From contig CM022678.1 in the NCBI GenBank assembly GCA_012295275.1, forward strand, positions 13,082,001 through 13,146,000: a DNA stretch of 64,000 nt, given 5' to 3'. Both the position numbers and the translations under genes were made by a program. Shown here in pieces: positions 29,693 to 43,825 of this stretch; position 1 is the first letter of the stretch; every line of letters begins with the position of its first letter. The stretch is from Chrysomallon squamiferum (taxonomy: Eukaryota > Animalia > Mollusca). The notes below the pieces were generated by a model. The model did not search any database. It had not been told where the DNA came from and was given only the letters and a program-made list of their open reading frames with translations.

Positions 29693-30678
29693 CATTCGCT
29701 CGCTATTTTCTTCTGTCTTTATTTCTTTGCAGATACGTCACATTTTCTTTCACTCTTTATACCAAAATTTCCCAACACCCATTTCAGCATAATATAGCAA
29801 CAGGCAAGTTGTTTTTCTTCTTCTTCTTCTTGGATTTTAAATATATTTTTTTTATTTGAATAACGATCCCCAAGGACAGCATACATTTTTCTTCTAGTAG
29901 TGGCACAAGACAATTGGAATATAATTGACTCCGCTGTTATTTCATCTCTGTTTGTGTGTTTCTCTGCTTTTGTCATTCTCGACATCAATGACTCGTGTAA
30001 TGAGGCGCTTTCTAGACCAGAACGTTCCTCCATGGGCCATTTTACCGAAATAAAAACTAAGAATGTGAAGATGTAGGCAAAAGCTAAATTATTATACACT
30101 CTAGTTTTACAAGTATAAAGAGTTTTTTTTAATTTTAAGAGGGGGTGAAAAAAGAAATTAAAGAAATTAAAAAGAAGAAGAAGAAAGTGTTAGAAAAAAA
30201 AAATAGGTTGAAGTTAACTGTAAACGTTTTTCTTTTTAGATCATTTGTCATTCAAAGGAGTTGATATACTTTTACAGTCTGTACTTAATTTGTAATTCTT
30301 TCTTTACTGCATTTTCTTCCTGATCTTTCTTTTTTCTTCTGAGTTTTATTTTCTACTTTTTCTATTTTATTTATTCCTCTTCTTCTTCTCATTATTATTT
30401 ATTGTTATTGTTATTATTATTGTTGTTAGTTTTGTTGTTGTTGCTGTGGTTTTTATTGTTATTATTGTTATTATTTTTGTTATTATTGTTGTTGTTGTTG
30501 TTGTTGTTATTATTATTATTATTGTTATTATTATTATTATTGTTATTATTATTGTTATTACAACTGCTGCTGACAGCTGATGTGAAAGGAAAGAGAGGGA
30601 CGGTACTGCAGAGCAGTGACTGAGAGCAAACCGGCTTGTCACAGACCTGACCTGGAAATAAAATCAACTGACGCTCCA

Positions 30679-33578
30679 AGAAGAATTTATCTACTACAAG
30701 ACAGTTTTAGAAAATAGAAGAATTTATCTACTACAAGACAGTTTTAGAAAATAGAAGAATTTATCTACTACAAGACAGAGTTTTAGAAGATAGAAGAATT
30801 TATCTACTACAAGACAGAGTTTTAGAAGATAGAAGAATTTATCTACTACAAGACAGAGTTTTAGAAGATAGAAGAATTTATCTACTACAAGACAGTTTTA
30901 GAAAATAGAAGAATTTATCTACTACAAGACAGAGTTTTAGAAAATAGAAGAATTTATCTACTACAAGACAGAGTTTTAGAAAATAGAAGAATTTATCTAC
31001 TACAAGACAGAGTTTTAGAAAATAGAAGAATTTATCTACTACAAGACAGAGTTTTAGAAAATAGAAGAATTTATCTACTACAAGACAGAGTTTTAGAAAA
31101 TAGAAGAATTTATCTACTACAAGACAGTGTTTTAGAAAATAGAAGAATTTATCTACTACAAGACAGAGTTTTAGAAAATAGAAGAATTTATCTACTACAA
31201 GACAGAGTTTTAGAAAATAGAAGAATTTATCTACTACAAGACAGAGTTTTAGAACATAGAAGAATTTATCTACTACAAGACAGAGTTTTAGAAAATAGAA
31301 GAATTTATCTACTACAAGACAGTTTTAGAAAATAGAAGAATTTATCTACTACAAGACAGAGTTTTAGAAAATAGAAGAATTTATCTACTACAAGACAGAG
31401 TTTTAGAAGATAGAAGAATTTATCTACTACAAGACAGAGTTTTAGAAAATAGAAGAATTTATCTACTACAAGACAGAGTTTTAGAAAATAGAAGAATTTA
31501 TCTACTACAAGACAGTGTTTTAGAAAATAGAAGAATTTATCTACTACAAGACAGAGTTTTAGAAAATAGAAGAATTTATCTACTACAAGACAGAGTTTTA
31601 GAAAATAGAAGAATTTATCTACTACAAGACAGAGTTTTAGAAAATAGAAGAATTTATCTACTACAAGACAGAGTTTTAGAAAATAGAAGAATTTATCTAC
31701 TACAAGACAGAAAATAGAAGAATTTATCTACTACAAGAAGAGTTTTAGAAAATAGAAGAATTTATCTACTACAAGACAGAGTTTTAGAAAATAGAAGAAT
31801 TTATCTTACAAGACAGAGTTTTTAGAAAATAGAAGAATTTATCTACTACAAGACAGAGTTTTAGAAAATAGAAGAATTTATCTACTACAAGACAGAGTTT
31901 TAGAAGATAGAAGAATTTATCTACTACAAGACAGAGTTTTAGAAGATAGAAGAATTTATCTACTACAAGACAGAAGAAAATAGAAGAATTTATCTACTAC
32001 AAGACAGAGTTTTAGAAAATAGAAGAATTTATCTACTACAAGACAGAGTTTTAGAAAATAGAAGAATTTATCTACTACAAGACAGAGTTTTAGAAAATAG
32101 AAGAATTTATCTACTACAAGACAGAGTTTTAGAAGATAGAAGAATTTATCTAGAGTTTACAAGACAGAGTTTTAGAAAATAGAAGAATTTATCTACTACA
32201 AGACAGAGTTTTAGAAAATAGAAGAATTTATCTACTACAAGACAGAGTTTTAGAAAATAGAAGAATTTATCTACTACAAGACAGAGTTTTAGAAAATAGA
32301 AGAATTTATCTACTACAAGACAGAGTTTTAGAAAATAGAAGAATTTATCTACTACAAGACAGAGTTTTAGAAAATAGAAGAATTTATCTACTACAAGACA
32401 GAGTTTTAGAAGATAGAAGAATTTATCTACTACAAGACAGAGTTTTAGAAGATAGAAGAATTTATCTACTACAAGACAGAGTTTTAGAAAATAGAAGAAT
32501 TTATCTACTACAAGACAGAGTTTTAGAAGATAGAAGAATTTATCTACTACAAGACAGAGTTTTAGAAGATAGAAGAATTTATCTACTACAAGACAGAGTT
32601 TTAGAAGATAGAAGAATTTATCTACTACAAGACAGAGTTTTAGAAAATAGAAGAATTTATCTACTACAAGACAGAGTTTTAGAAGATAGAAGAATTTATC
32701 TACTACAAGACAGTTTTAGAAGATAGAAGAATTTATCTACTACAAGACAGAGTTTTAGAAGATAGAAGAATTTATCTACTACAAGACAGAGTTTTAGAAG
32801 ATAGAAGAATTTATCTACTACAAGACAGAGTTTTTAGAAGATAGAAGAATTTATCTACTACAAGACAGTTTTAGAAGATAGAAGAATTTATCTACTACAA
32901 GACAGAGTTTTAGAACATAGAAGAATTTATCTACTACAAGACAGAGTTTTAGAAGATAGAAGAATTTATCTACTACAAGACAGAGTTTTAGAAGATAGAA
33001 GAATTTATCTACTACAAGACAGTTTTAGAAGATAGAAGAATTTATCTACTACAAGACAGAGTTTTAGAAAATAGAAGAATTTATCTACTACAAGACAGAG
33101 TTTTAGAAGATAGAAGAATTTATCTACTACAAGACAGAGTTTTAGAAGATAGAAGAATTTATCTACTACAAGACAGAGTTTTAGAAGATAGAAGAATTTA
33201 TCTACTACAAGACAGTGTTTTAGAAAATAGAAGAATTTATCTACTACAAGACAATGTTTTAGAAAATAGAAGAATTTATCTACTACAAGACAGTGTTTTA
33301 GAAAATAGAAGAATTTATCTACTACAAGACAGTGTTTTAGAAAACAGAAGAATTTATCTACTACAAGACAGTGTTTTAGAAAACGGAAGAATTTATCTAC
33401 TACAAGACAGTGTTTGAGAAAATAGAAGAATTTATCTACTACAAGACAGAGTTTTAGAAAATAGAAGAATTTATCTACTACAAGACAGAGTTTTAGAAAA
33501 TAGAAGAATTTATCTACTTCAAGACAATGTTTTAGAAAATAGAAGAATTTATCTACTACAAGACAGTGTTTGAGAAGA
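30679..33578. repeat. 39-bp minisatellite, ~75 copies (with 37-bp variants)
   Basis: Unit AGAAGAATTTATCTACTACAAGACAGAGTTTTAGAAAAT; AAAAT/AGAT and CAGAG/CAGTG variants. Confidence 0.98.
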
Positions 33579-34053
33579 TGAGCGGGATACATGTTGAAAA
33601 TAAGATCTGCAGTTGTGAAGTCAGCTTTCTAAACTATGAGCGAAACGCGTTTGGAAAAGAAAAAAAAAAAAAAAAATAATAATAAATTTCTGGAATGAAA
33701 GATAATAATAATAAGAAGAAGAAGAAGAAGAAAAAAGAAGAATCTATCGTCTTTGGTATCCTGCGCAAAAACCCGTCTCAAACAGCAGGTATTCGGCGAG
33801 CTTGTACATTACAATAATCAAAACATTACGTCATTTTATTTAACTCTTTTGTACTCAGTTTTGCGCATGTTTTGCACTGTTGAGTCTCAGAAAACCTGTG
33901 ACGTCACGTAATCAAAGGACAATAGCTTGAACACGTGGAACACTTTTCTTCAGCTACGGGATAAGTACGTCATAAATAAATAATCGACAACTTGCGACGT
34001 TATGTAATTAGTTCGTTAACATTCGTTATAATTCGTTAGTGTTCGTGAAAACA

Positions 34054-34203
34054 ATTATTAGGAATTATGTTTAATTATAATTAGGAGTTATGTTTAATTA
34101 TAAGTAGGAGTTATGGTTATAATAATTAGGAGCTATGTTTATAATAATTAGGAGTTATGTGTATAATAATTAGGAGTTATATTTATTATAACGAGGAGCT
34201 ATG
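34054..34203. repeat. 22-23-bp degenerate minisatellite, ~7 copies
   Basis: ATAATTAGGAGTTATGTTTATA-like units. Confidence 0.9.
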
Positions 34204-34561
34204 TGTTGGTCAGAACGTGTAAGAAGTTGAAGAACGAGCCTGTTCGGTTCGGGAGAACTAAACTGATTACAAACTCTTGGCATGCGCGGTAATTCAAAGA
34301 ACAACAAACATTCTATAAAAAGTGTAATTCAGTCTATCCACGTTCGTCACAGGGATTCAGTCTCACCGGAGGAATGTTAACACGGGAAACATTTGTTTTC
34401 AGTTATTATTCAACACGATACTAATGTTGTACCATAATACAATAATAAACAGGCTATTTGCTTTAATTTCTGTCTGTAGCTTCATGGGTCCGTTTTCCAT
34501 GTTTCTCTAGCCTGTCTATCCTCTCTGTCTCTGGCCACCTGTCTGTCTTTCTGTCTGACCA

Positions 34562-34688
<127 letters not shown>

Positions 34689-35767
34689 CTGTCTATCTAT
34701 TTGTCTGTCTCTATATTGCTATTTTTCAAGTTGTATTCTCTCTAAATGTATGTTTTACTACTGTAGTGAGAGAGCGAGGCTGAGATAACGTTCTATCACT
34801 CTGCTACATGCACCACGAGGTTTCCGAACAAAAGCAAAAATAACTGCGCGAGCGGTTAAACCAATAAAGTTCATCCGCGAAATGATGTTTTCACGGAAAC
34901 ACGATAGCTTGCATCATGTTTTACAGGTATGCTCGACATTTCCTCTATGACGTCAGGAGCATCGCATACGTTATTAAAGGGGGGGGGGAGGGAGAAAAAA
35001 AGAAAAAAAAAGATGAAGAAGAAAAAGAAAAAAGATTAAAAAAAAATAAAGAAGAAGAAGATGAAATCGCAACGATATCGAGTTAACTTTGTCAGAATAC
35101 AGACGTTAATGTAAATCAGAAATGGTTGTTCGGAATGCAGTATTGGTCCCAGCCAATGACAGTATAGCTTTCACCTCTTAAACGGGCCGTGAAATGAAAC
35201 TCTCTGTGTGGGTGGGGACGTTGCTCTGTGGCAGACCACACCTGCCTGCATCTGACGTTGCAGCCGAGGTTTCGTCAAATACACCGCAGCGTTGTTTAAT
35301 CTACAAGAAGGAGATTTCTGTTTACGTGCTGACGGAGGCAGGCTGATTATCTGGACTGCGTCAGATAGTGAGAGAAAATTAAAATAGAAAACGGCAACTA
35401 GTGTGCAGTAATAAAATATTATACAGACGTATTTGTTTTTTTCCTGATAAATATAGAAACGATACAGAACAATTTCTGACTGAGTTAAATAGACGGATAG
35501 CTAGATAGACACACAAACAGATAGATGGATTATTTGGATATATAGATATGTAGATAGAGAGAAAGATAGACTGATAGATACATAGATAAATATAGAACTA
35601 ACCAGATTAGATACAGATAGCAACGTAGTAAGTATCTATACACAGACAAAATGAACAAGTTAGAAAGAATTTTCTTTATCTGATTCCTTCATTCCTTTCT
35701 TTTTTAATTCTTTATTTTCTTTGATGTAGAAATACATTTAAATATAAAAATTACATATTTGTTTTTT

Positions 35768-36207
35768 ACAACAGGACGAGATTTGTACTCATTCACAGGC
35801 TGCAGTGGTGAGCGCTGCTTGTACAACAGGACGAGATTTGTACTCATTCACAGGCTGCAGTGGTGAGCGCTGCTTGTACAACAGGACGAGATTTGTACTC
35901 ATTCACAGGCTGCAGTGGTGAGCGCTGCTTGTACAACAGGACGAGATTTGTACTCATTCACAGGCTGCAGTGGTGAACACTTGTACAACAGGACGAGATT
36001 TGTACTCATTCACAGGCTGCAGTGGTGAGCGCTGCTTGTACAACAGGACGAGATTTGTACTCATTCACAGGTGTGGTGAGCGCTGCTTGTACAACAGGAC
36101 GAGATTTGTACTCATTCACAGGCTGCAGTGGTGAGCGCTGCTTGTACAACAGGACGAGATTTGTACTCATTCACAGGCTGCAGTGGTGAGCGCTGCTTGT
36201 ACAACAG
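35768..36207 (+). repeat. 55-bp minisatellite, 8 copies, each with an AG...GT-flanked 33-nt cassette
   Basis: Unit ACAACAG|GACGAGATTTGTACTCATTCACAGGCTGCAGTG|GTGAGCGCTGCTTGT; period 55 (35768, 35823). Confidence 0.95.
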
Positions 36208-37611
36208 TGAATGAACGTCAAAGGTGGAATACTCGTTTTGCGCTGAGTCAAATGAATTTTGCTGCTGCTTTCTGCATGTTACTTTTTGGTATGCACTTCG
36301 CATGAACAGTAAAGAAATATGCGTTTTCATACTCAAGTTTACAAGTACAAACAAATATTTTAATGGGTTCACTGATGGGGATTGATCCTGCAACCTAACA
36401 CACTCGGCAATTAACGCTGTCTGTTGTAACTACCAACATGTACTAATGTTATAACATATAATGTCAGTGAAAAGGATAAATAGACGAGATAAATATTAAG
36501 TAGGCAATTTATTTTATGTTTTTTTTTTCTTTTTGTTGTTGTTGTATTTTTTTTTTTTTTTTTTGAATCAGCTCGAGGCTAGCGCGTGCATTAATCACGT
36601 GTGTTTATTCTTTGTTTCTGGCTGTCTGTCAGTGGTGCTGCTGATGGAATGGTCAAAGTGAAATGATTGATGGTCGACATGTTAGCACCTCGTGTCCGAA
36701 ACAGTCTGTCCGGTTCGGTTATCTGTCATTTTAAAAAACAAATATGTAAATAAATGAAGAGAACGAAGAACAAGATGATGATGATGATGACGTTGGTGAT
36801 GACGATGAAAAAGGAGACAAACAAACAGAAGAAGAAACGGACATAAAGTAATGAAAGAAGAAAGAATGAATGTAGATAGAAGAAAAGAAAGAAACAATGC
36901 CTAAAGATTGATGAGAAAAAGGAAATACAGAACGAATGAAAAAGAACACATGGAAGAAAAGAAGAAAGGAAAAAAGAAAGAGAGCGAGAGAAAGAGAGTC
37001 AAAAAGAGAATTAACCTCACTAACATTGCAAAAACTAGGTCACAAATAATTGAGGAACCATTCCCCCTTCCCTACACTTCCCCCTCCCTAACAATAAACA
37101 TTCTTTCGCTTTTCTTTGCCACATGATACCGTTGAGTTGGGAAAGTCTTTCCAAAGCACACCCCCCATACCCTCTTGAGAACTCTTCGCTGCAGGAGGTA
37201 ATAAATTCTTGGAACGCAGGTGCGCATGCCCGGTTTACGGTTACCACAGTCAATGAGGCAAATTACTACTAGTGTCAGTGCGCGGCGTAAAATACGACCG
37301 GTGTAGATTGCTGCTAGGAATGCATCGCACGCGCTTTCTGTACATAAAACACCGTGACGAACCACCAAGAACCAGTAGATATAAAATAAACAAATAGGTC
37401 ATAGTTACGATGATACTGATCACGACGTCATCAAGCACGACATAACAACAACTACATCAACAAGAATAATAATATAAAGATTATTTTATACATTATTATC
37501 CTCTGTGATATGATGGTGAACATGATATGATGATAATAATAAATCATAATGATAAGGATAAAGATAAAGATACCATAACAACAACAACAGCTACTACTAC
37601 TACTACTAAAC

Positions 37612-37670
<59 letters not shown>

Positions 37671-38019
37671 TAGACGAAGAAGAAGAATTGATTAATATTG
37701 TATAGTTCATTTTCACTTTGGTATGATGTCGATGCAAGTGATGGTGATAATTATGACGATAACGTTGATGATGATGATGATGATGACGACGTAATGCATT
37801 ACTGCATCTGGTTTATTCCAGACATTTCATGGGTGAAGGGTTGAGTACATTTACGTAGGTGTCACTAACGTTTGCTATACATATATTAATAAACTGCGTA
37901 AATAAAGTCAGCGCAGATTTGTAACAGCGTGTGTTTGTATCGTAATGTTAACTTGATTGCGTCTTCTTTTTTCTGTATTTTCCCTTTCTTATTGTTAATG
38001 ATATGTGTTTTATTTTTGG

Positions 38020-38052
<33 letters not shown>

Positions 38053-38139
38053 GGTATATATATATATATATATATATATACCTAACTACCTATTCTCATA
38101 TTTGGTCACTATTTCCTCTATTTCGCTTTGTTGTATTTT

Positions 38140-38222
<83 letters not shown>

Positions 38223-38643
38223 ATTATTTGATTACGTTTATCTTTTTATTTGTTGCATTTTATATACGTTTCTCTTTTTCTTTTTTTTTAACTTTTTATT
38301 TATTCTTCTTTTTTTTTTTTTTTTTATCTTTCTCCTAATATAACTAATGTAAAACCTCGAAATCGGCATTTACTTAAAATATTTGTATTATTATTTTATA
38401 ACAAATAGTGCCATTAAAGCCACATCAAACTTAGAAAATGAAGAATATGCAGAACGTTTTCACTGGAATGGCAAAAAATTATCACTTTGCCAGTAAAATA
38501 GTCCCGAAAAATTACAATTATTTAAACATCTGTGTTTTCGTAGACAGAATGTTAAATGTGGAAGCTCTCAATTATATTTCGTTCCGCTAAAAATGTTAAC
38601 CTGATTTTCAAAAACTTTGACATCACTCATAACGCTGAGTGAA

Positions 38644-38935
38644 TGACGTCACGCAGTGTTTTCTTTGGGTCAGAAGGTCACTGGGTCCTTTTCACTCTGT
38701 TTTTCTTCTTCATATGCAGCTGTTAATCTTTCTTGTTCGAATCTCTTTTTTCTGTCTTTTAACCCTCTCTCTTTTTTATTTTTTTATTTTCTGAAAGCCG
38801 GTATCATCTTCTCTCTTTTACGTCTGTATAACGTATGCTGTTTGTTTTTCATTACAGTTTTTTGTTATCACTCGCTTCCGCTTCCTGCAGGCGTGCGCAC
38901 CGGATCCGGAAATAGAGTGACGTGGCAGCGTCATC
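38644..38935. promoter_or_regulatory. Promoter/enhancer-like island (CRE, ETS, NRF1-like, TGACGTGG)
   Basis: TGACGTCA 38644-38651; CGCTTCCGCTTCC, GCGTGCGCA, CCGGAAAT and GTGACGTGG clustered at about 38872-38925. Confidence 0.4.
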
Positions 38936-38989
38936 AGAATTATATTATTAGTAACAATTACTATTAACAGCAATAACTGTGAAAGAAAA

Positions 38990-40177
38990 TACAACTAAAA
39001 CTAGTACCACTACTTCAAGTGATATTGTTGAAGCTGTTACTACTACTACAACTAATATCACTACTGCAAGTGATATTATTGATGATATTACTACTACTAC
39101 TACTACTACTACTACAACTAATATAACTACTGCAAGTGATATTATTGATGATGTTACTACTACTACTACTACTACAACTAATATAACTACTGCAAGTGAT
39201 ATTATTGATGCTGTTACTACTACTACTACTACTACTACTAATATTACTAATGCAAGTGATATTATTGATGATGTTACTACTACTACTACTACTACTACTA
39301 CAACTAATATAACTACTGCAAGTGATATTATTGATGCTGTTACTACTACTACTACTACTACTACTAATATTACTAATGCAAGTGATATTATTGATGCTGT
39401 TACTATTACTACTACTACTACTACAACTAATATAACTACTGCAAGTGATATTATTGATGCTGTTACTACTACTACTACTACTACTAATATTACTAATGCA
39501 AGTGATATTGTTGATGCTGTTACTACTACTACTACTACTACTACTACTAATATTACTAATGCAAGTGATATTATTGATGATGTTACTACTACTACTACTA
39601 TAACTAATATAACTACTGCAAGTGATATTATTGATGCTGTTACTACTACTACTACTACTACTACTAATATTACTAATGCAAGTGATATTGTTGATGCTGT
39701 TACTACTACTACTACTAATATTACTAATGCAAGTGATATTATTGATGATGTTACTACTACTACTACTACAACTAATATAACTACTGCAAGTGATATTATT
39801 GATGCTGTTACTACTACTACTACTACTACTACTACTAATATTACTAATGCAAGTGATATTGTTGATGATGTTACTACTACTACTACTAATATTACTAATG
39901 CAAGTGATATTATTGATGATGTTACTACTACTACTACTACTACTACAACTAATATAACTACTGCAAGTGATATTATTGATGCTGTTACTACTACTACTAC
40001 TACTACTACTACTAATATAACTAATGCAAGTGATATTGTTGATGCTGTTACTACTACTACTACTACTACTACTACTAATATTACTAATGCAAGTGATATT
40101 ATTGATGATGTTACTACTACTACTACTACTACTACTACAACTAATATAACTACTGCAAGTGATATTATTGATGCTGT

Positions 40178-40209
<32 letters not shown>

Positions 40210-40345
40210 ATATTACTAATGCAAGTGATATTATTGATGCTGTTACTACTACTACTACTACTAATATTACTAATGCAAGTGATATTGTTGATGTTGTTAC
40301 TACTACTACAACTAATACTAATACCACTACTTCGAGTGATGTTGT
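38990..40345. repeat. Variable-length (~54-72 bp) minisatellite with internal (ACT)n, ~22 units; forms a 526-codon Thr-rich open frame
   Basis: Core GCAAGTGATATT(A/G)TTGATG(A/C)TGTT(ACT)n repeated; ORF 38979-40559 reads NIT(T/N)ASDI(I/V)D(A/D)VTn. Confidence 0.93.
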
Positions 40346-41481
40346 TGCTACGTCTGCTAATACTATTACTACTGCTGCTACCACTAGTACAACTGCTTCT
40401 GCTACCACCACAACTACTACTATTACTACGAGTTCTTTTGCTGCTGTTGCTGCTACTACTGCTGGTATCTCAACCAAACCATGCCCCAGCTTTCTGAGCG
40501 GAACATACACAACCCATGTTACAATGCTGTTATCACTGTCATTTTATCAGCTTTTTTAAAAGAAATTTAGTGGACTCGACTGTGTGTAGTGCGCATGTCT
40601 ACACACATCACTAATCTACGTCACTACTACAGGAACTATTACCACTGCACGAAGCATAATTAAACATCTAATAATCATCGTTTGTAAAATATCCTTCCGC
40701 GCGTTTTCTTCGCCACATTTTTTTCCCCTCATTCTTTCTCGCTGGTGTAACATAAGGTGTTTCAAACTAAAACAAACACAAACTGGCACCGTTTTACGTA
40801 AACAGAATGTTAAACTGTCTGCTCGTCTTCTCGGCGAATTAGCCGCTAAAAGACAGGATCCGCGAGCCTCGGCGACAGCTCAGTGAAAGCGGGTTCACCA
40901 CGTAACGCCAGGAGGTGAACAATTAATGCTTTTAATCTGACCTTGCAAAAAAAGGATTACAATTACGTGAAGAGCGAAGTTTTGAATTAGAAATAAATTA
41001 GTCGACTCTTAGCTGGGTGGGCGACTTGTTAACGTCTTAGTTCTAACATGACTGACTCAGTTGTTTTTATTTCTAGCATGTTTTGAAGAAAGAAAAGGAA
41101 ACAGAAATCTCAACAAAGTAAACATAATTTATTATACATATACATATATATATAAAACATAACGTACGTAAATCGTATATCCATCCATTTTTAATTACTT
41201 CACTTACCCATATTTATGTATTTCATTCTGTACGTATTTCTAACATTATTTTCATTTGATCATTTTAATATAGAAAAAAAGAAAGAATACGGATAGCAGA
41301 AAGAAAAGGAAATAAAGAATAAAGAAACAAGGAAGAAATCATGAATAAGGAATAAAGAGAAAGAATTTAAAATATAAACACAAAGCATTGAGAAAGAAAT
41401 AGAAAAACAATTAAACAAACAAACAAAGAAACATATCAATAAACAATCATATAATAAACATAAACATTGTAATAATAATAA

Positions 41482-41512
<31 letters not shown>

Positions 41513-41762
41513 GGTAAAATAAAATAAAATCTTTTTCCATAAAAATATCTCTACATCATTTATCATCGATATTTTTTCTTCTACATTTCACGCTATTAAA
41601 TAACAGAGAAAGCGTGAAATAAAACTAATTCTTTTCCCACGTCTATATTTTATTTTTTATTTTATTTTTTGTGTTTTATTTTTTTGTTGTTGTTGATTAC
41701 ACAAAAAGTAGAATAAAAAATATTATTGTTATCCAGACGTTGATTGATAACACTTGCCTAAA

Positions 41763-41871
<109 letters not shown>

Positions 41872-41987
41872 GGGTTTTGGGGGTTTTCTAAAAATATATA
41901 TATATAGTTATATATCGGGTTGGATAAATGGATGGATGGATGAATTTTGTTGGAGATCGACGGAAAGGCGGAGGATTTTTTTTTTCC

Positions 41988-42801
41988 TGAAAACGTGGAT
42001 GATCAGACTGAACTGGAGACATGCGTCACGTGTGTTGTGAAAACGTTTCAGACTGGAGACATGCGTGGTACGTGTGTTGTGAAAACGTGGATGATCAGAC
42101 TGGAGGTTGGATGTACGTGTGTTGTGAAAACGTGGATGATCAGACTGAAGACTGGATGGATGGATGAAAAATGGATGATCAGACTGAAGACTGGAGACAT
42201 GCGTGGTACGTGTGTTGTGAAAACGTGGATGATCAGACTGAAGACTGGAGACATGCGTGGTACGTGTGTTGTGAAAACGTGGATGATCAGACTGGAGACA
42301 TGCGTGGTACGTGTGTTGTGAAAACGTGGATGATCAGACTGAAGACTGGAAATGCGTGGATGAAAATGGATGATCAGACTGAAGACTGGAGACATGCGTG
42401 GTACGTGTGTTGTGAAAACGTGGATGATCAGACTGAAGACTGGAGACATGCATGGGAGAAAACGTGGATGATCAGACTGAAGACTGGAGACATGCGTGGT
42501 ACGTGTGTTGTGAAAACGTGGATGATCAGACTGAAGACTGGAGACATGCGTGGTACGTGTGTTGTGAAAACGTGGATGATCAGACTGAAGACTGAAGACT
42601 GGAGACATGCGTGGTACGTGTGTTGTGAAAACGTGGATGATCAGACTGAAGACTGGAGACATGCGTGGTACGTGTGTTGTGAAAACGTGGATGATCAGAC
42701 TGAAGACTGGAGACATGCGTGGTACGTGTGTTGTGAAAACGTGGATGATCAGACTGAAGACTGGAGACATGCGTGGTACGTGTGTTGTGAAAACGTGGAT
42801 G
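41988..42801. repeat. 54-bp minisatellite, ~15 copies (5' part irregular)
   Basis: Unit GTGAAAACGTGGATGATCAGACTGAAGACTGGAGACATGCGTGGTACGTGTGTT; period 54 (42217, 42271). Confidence 0.96.
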
Positions 42802-43779
42802 TAACATCGCAGATCGATGGATGCCTTCTAGAATGTTTAGATGTGTAAAATAACAGATGGACGAATGGATGAATAAATAAATAAATAACTATATGTATAT
42901 ATATGTATGTCTGTCTGTCTGTCTGTCTGTCTGTATGTATGTATGCATATATGTAATATGTATGTAAGGAATCCACAGAAATAAATCAAATCTTTCATCT
43001 TTTCAATATTTTTATTTTATTTTCTGTTTTAAACATGTTTTTCAAAGATATGTATCTTTCATCAAAGTAGTTTTTATATAAGAATAAAAAAAATAAAAAA
43101 ATAAAAAAATGAATAATAAAAAGTACTTCTGCTTTTATGTCACAGTCACACTTCTGAATCTTTTTTATGTTTTTATTAGTTTTCAGAGATATGCCGTGTT
43201 CTTTACTCTTAGAAAAAATGAAAATAAATAATCACAACACTAACCACAACAACAATTATATCAATAATAATAATTCTGAATAATAATAATAATACCGAAC
43301 AAAAAATAAAATGAAGACAAAAATTTACTTTCGCTTTTTCTAACCCAGTCATTAATCATTCATTTCAGATTTTAAATATTTTTCATAACAACCGAACAAA
43401 AAAAAAAAGAAAAAACTAAAAAACCCCACAAAAAACGATTAAGAAAAAATACACATTAAAATAAAAAGAAATCTACTTTTTACTTCTCTGTTTTTAAATC
43501 GAACACATCTAACGAAACTCGGAACGTTCAGAAGAAGAAAACGCGGAACTGAAACTTTCTATTTTTGAAATAAAAAGTCAGGCAGTGTGATTCTTCTATC
43601 AACGTTCAGTCTGTCAAAATATTGGCGAAATAAGAAACGCCGAGAAAAACAGGCTTACCATCTCACTGCAGTTTTTAACAGAAGAAACTTTACACTTCAT
43701 AAATGTTAAAACAATTTTAAACTTGTCAATATTGACTCTTCACTGGAAGAAGGTACATTTTACCTGCAACTGAAATCGA

Positions 43780-43825
43780 GCGCCATCTGCCGGAGACATC
43801 AGCAGCGCGGAACGCCATCTGGTGA
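43780..43825 (-). promoter_or_regulatory. Tandem pair of reverse CTCF-like motifs
   Basis: Minus strand: CCGGCAGATGGCGC (43780-43793) and TCACCAGATGGCGT (43812-43825). Confidence 0.5.

Noticed and set aside
30679-33578. CRISPR-like periodicity in this and other arrays
   Set aside because: Units are head-to-tail with no unique spacers, there are no cas genes, and the context is eukaryotic
33005-33592. 195-aa minus ORF of 13-aa repeats (KLCLVVDKFFYFL)
   Set aside because: By-product of the 39-bp unit; the frame is broken by 37-bp units elsewhere in the array and there is no domain similarity
37123-37197. ATG-started 25-codon stretch ending at GAG|GTAATA (MIPLSWESLSKAHPPYPLENSSLQE)
   Set aside because: Plausible first exon, but indistinguishable from chance without transcript data
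38948-40510. 520-aa Val/Ile-rich minus ORF resembling a multi-pass membrane protein
   Set aside because: Antisense mirror of the (ACT)n repeat
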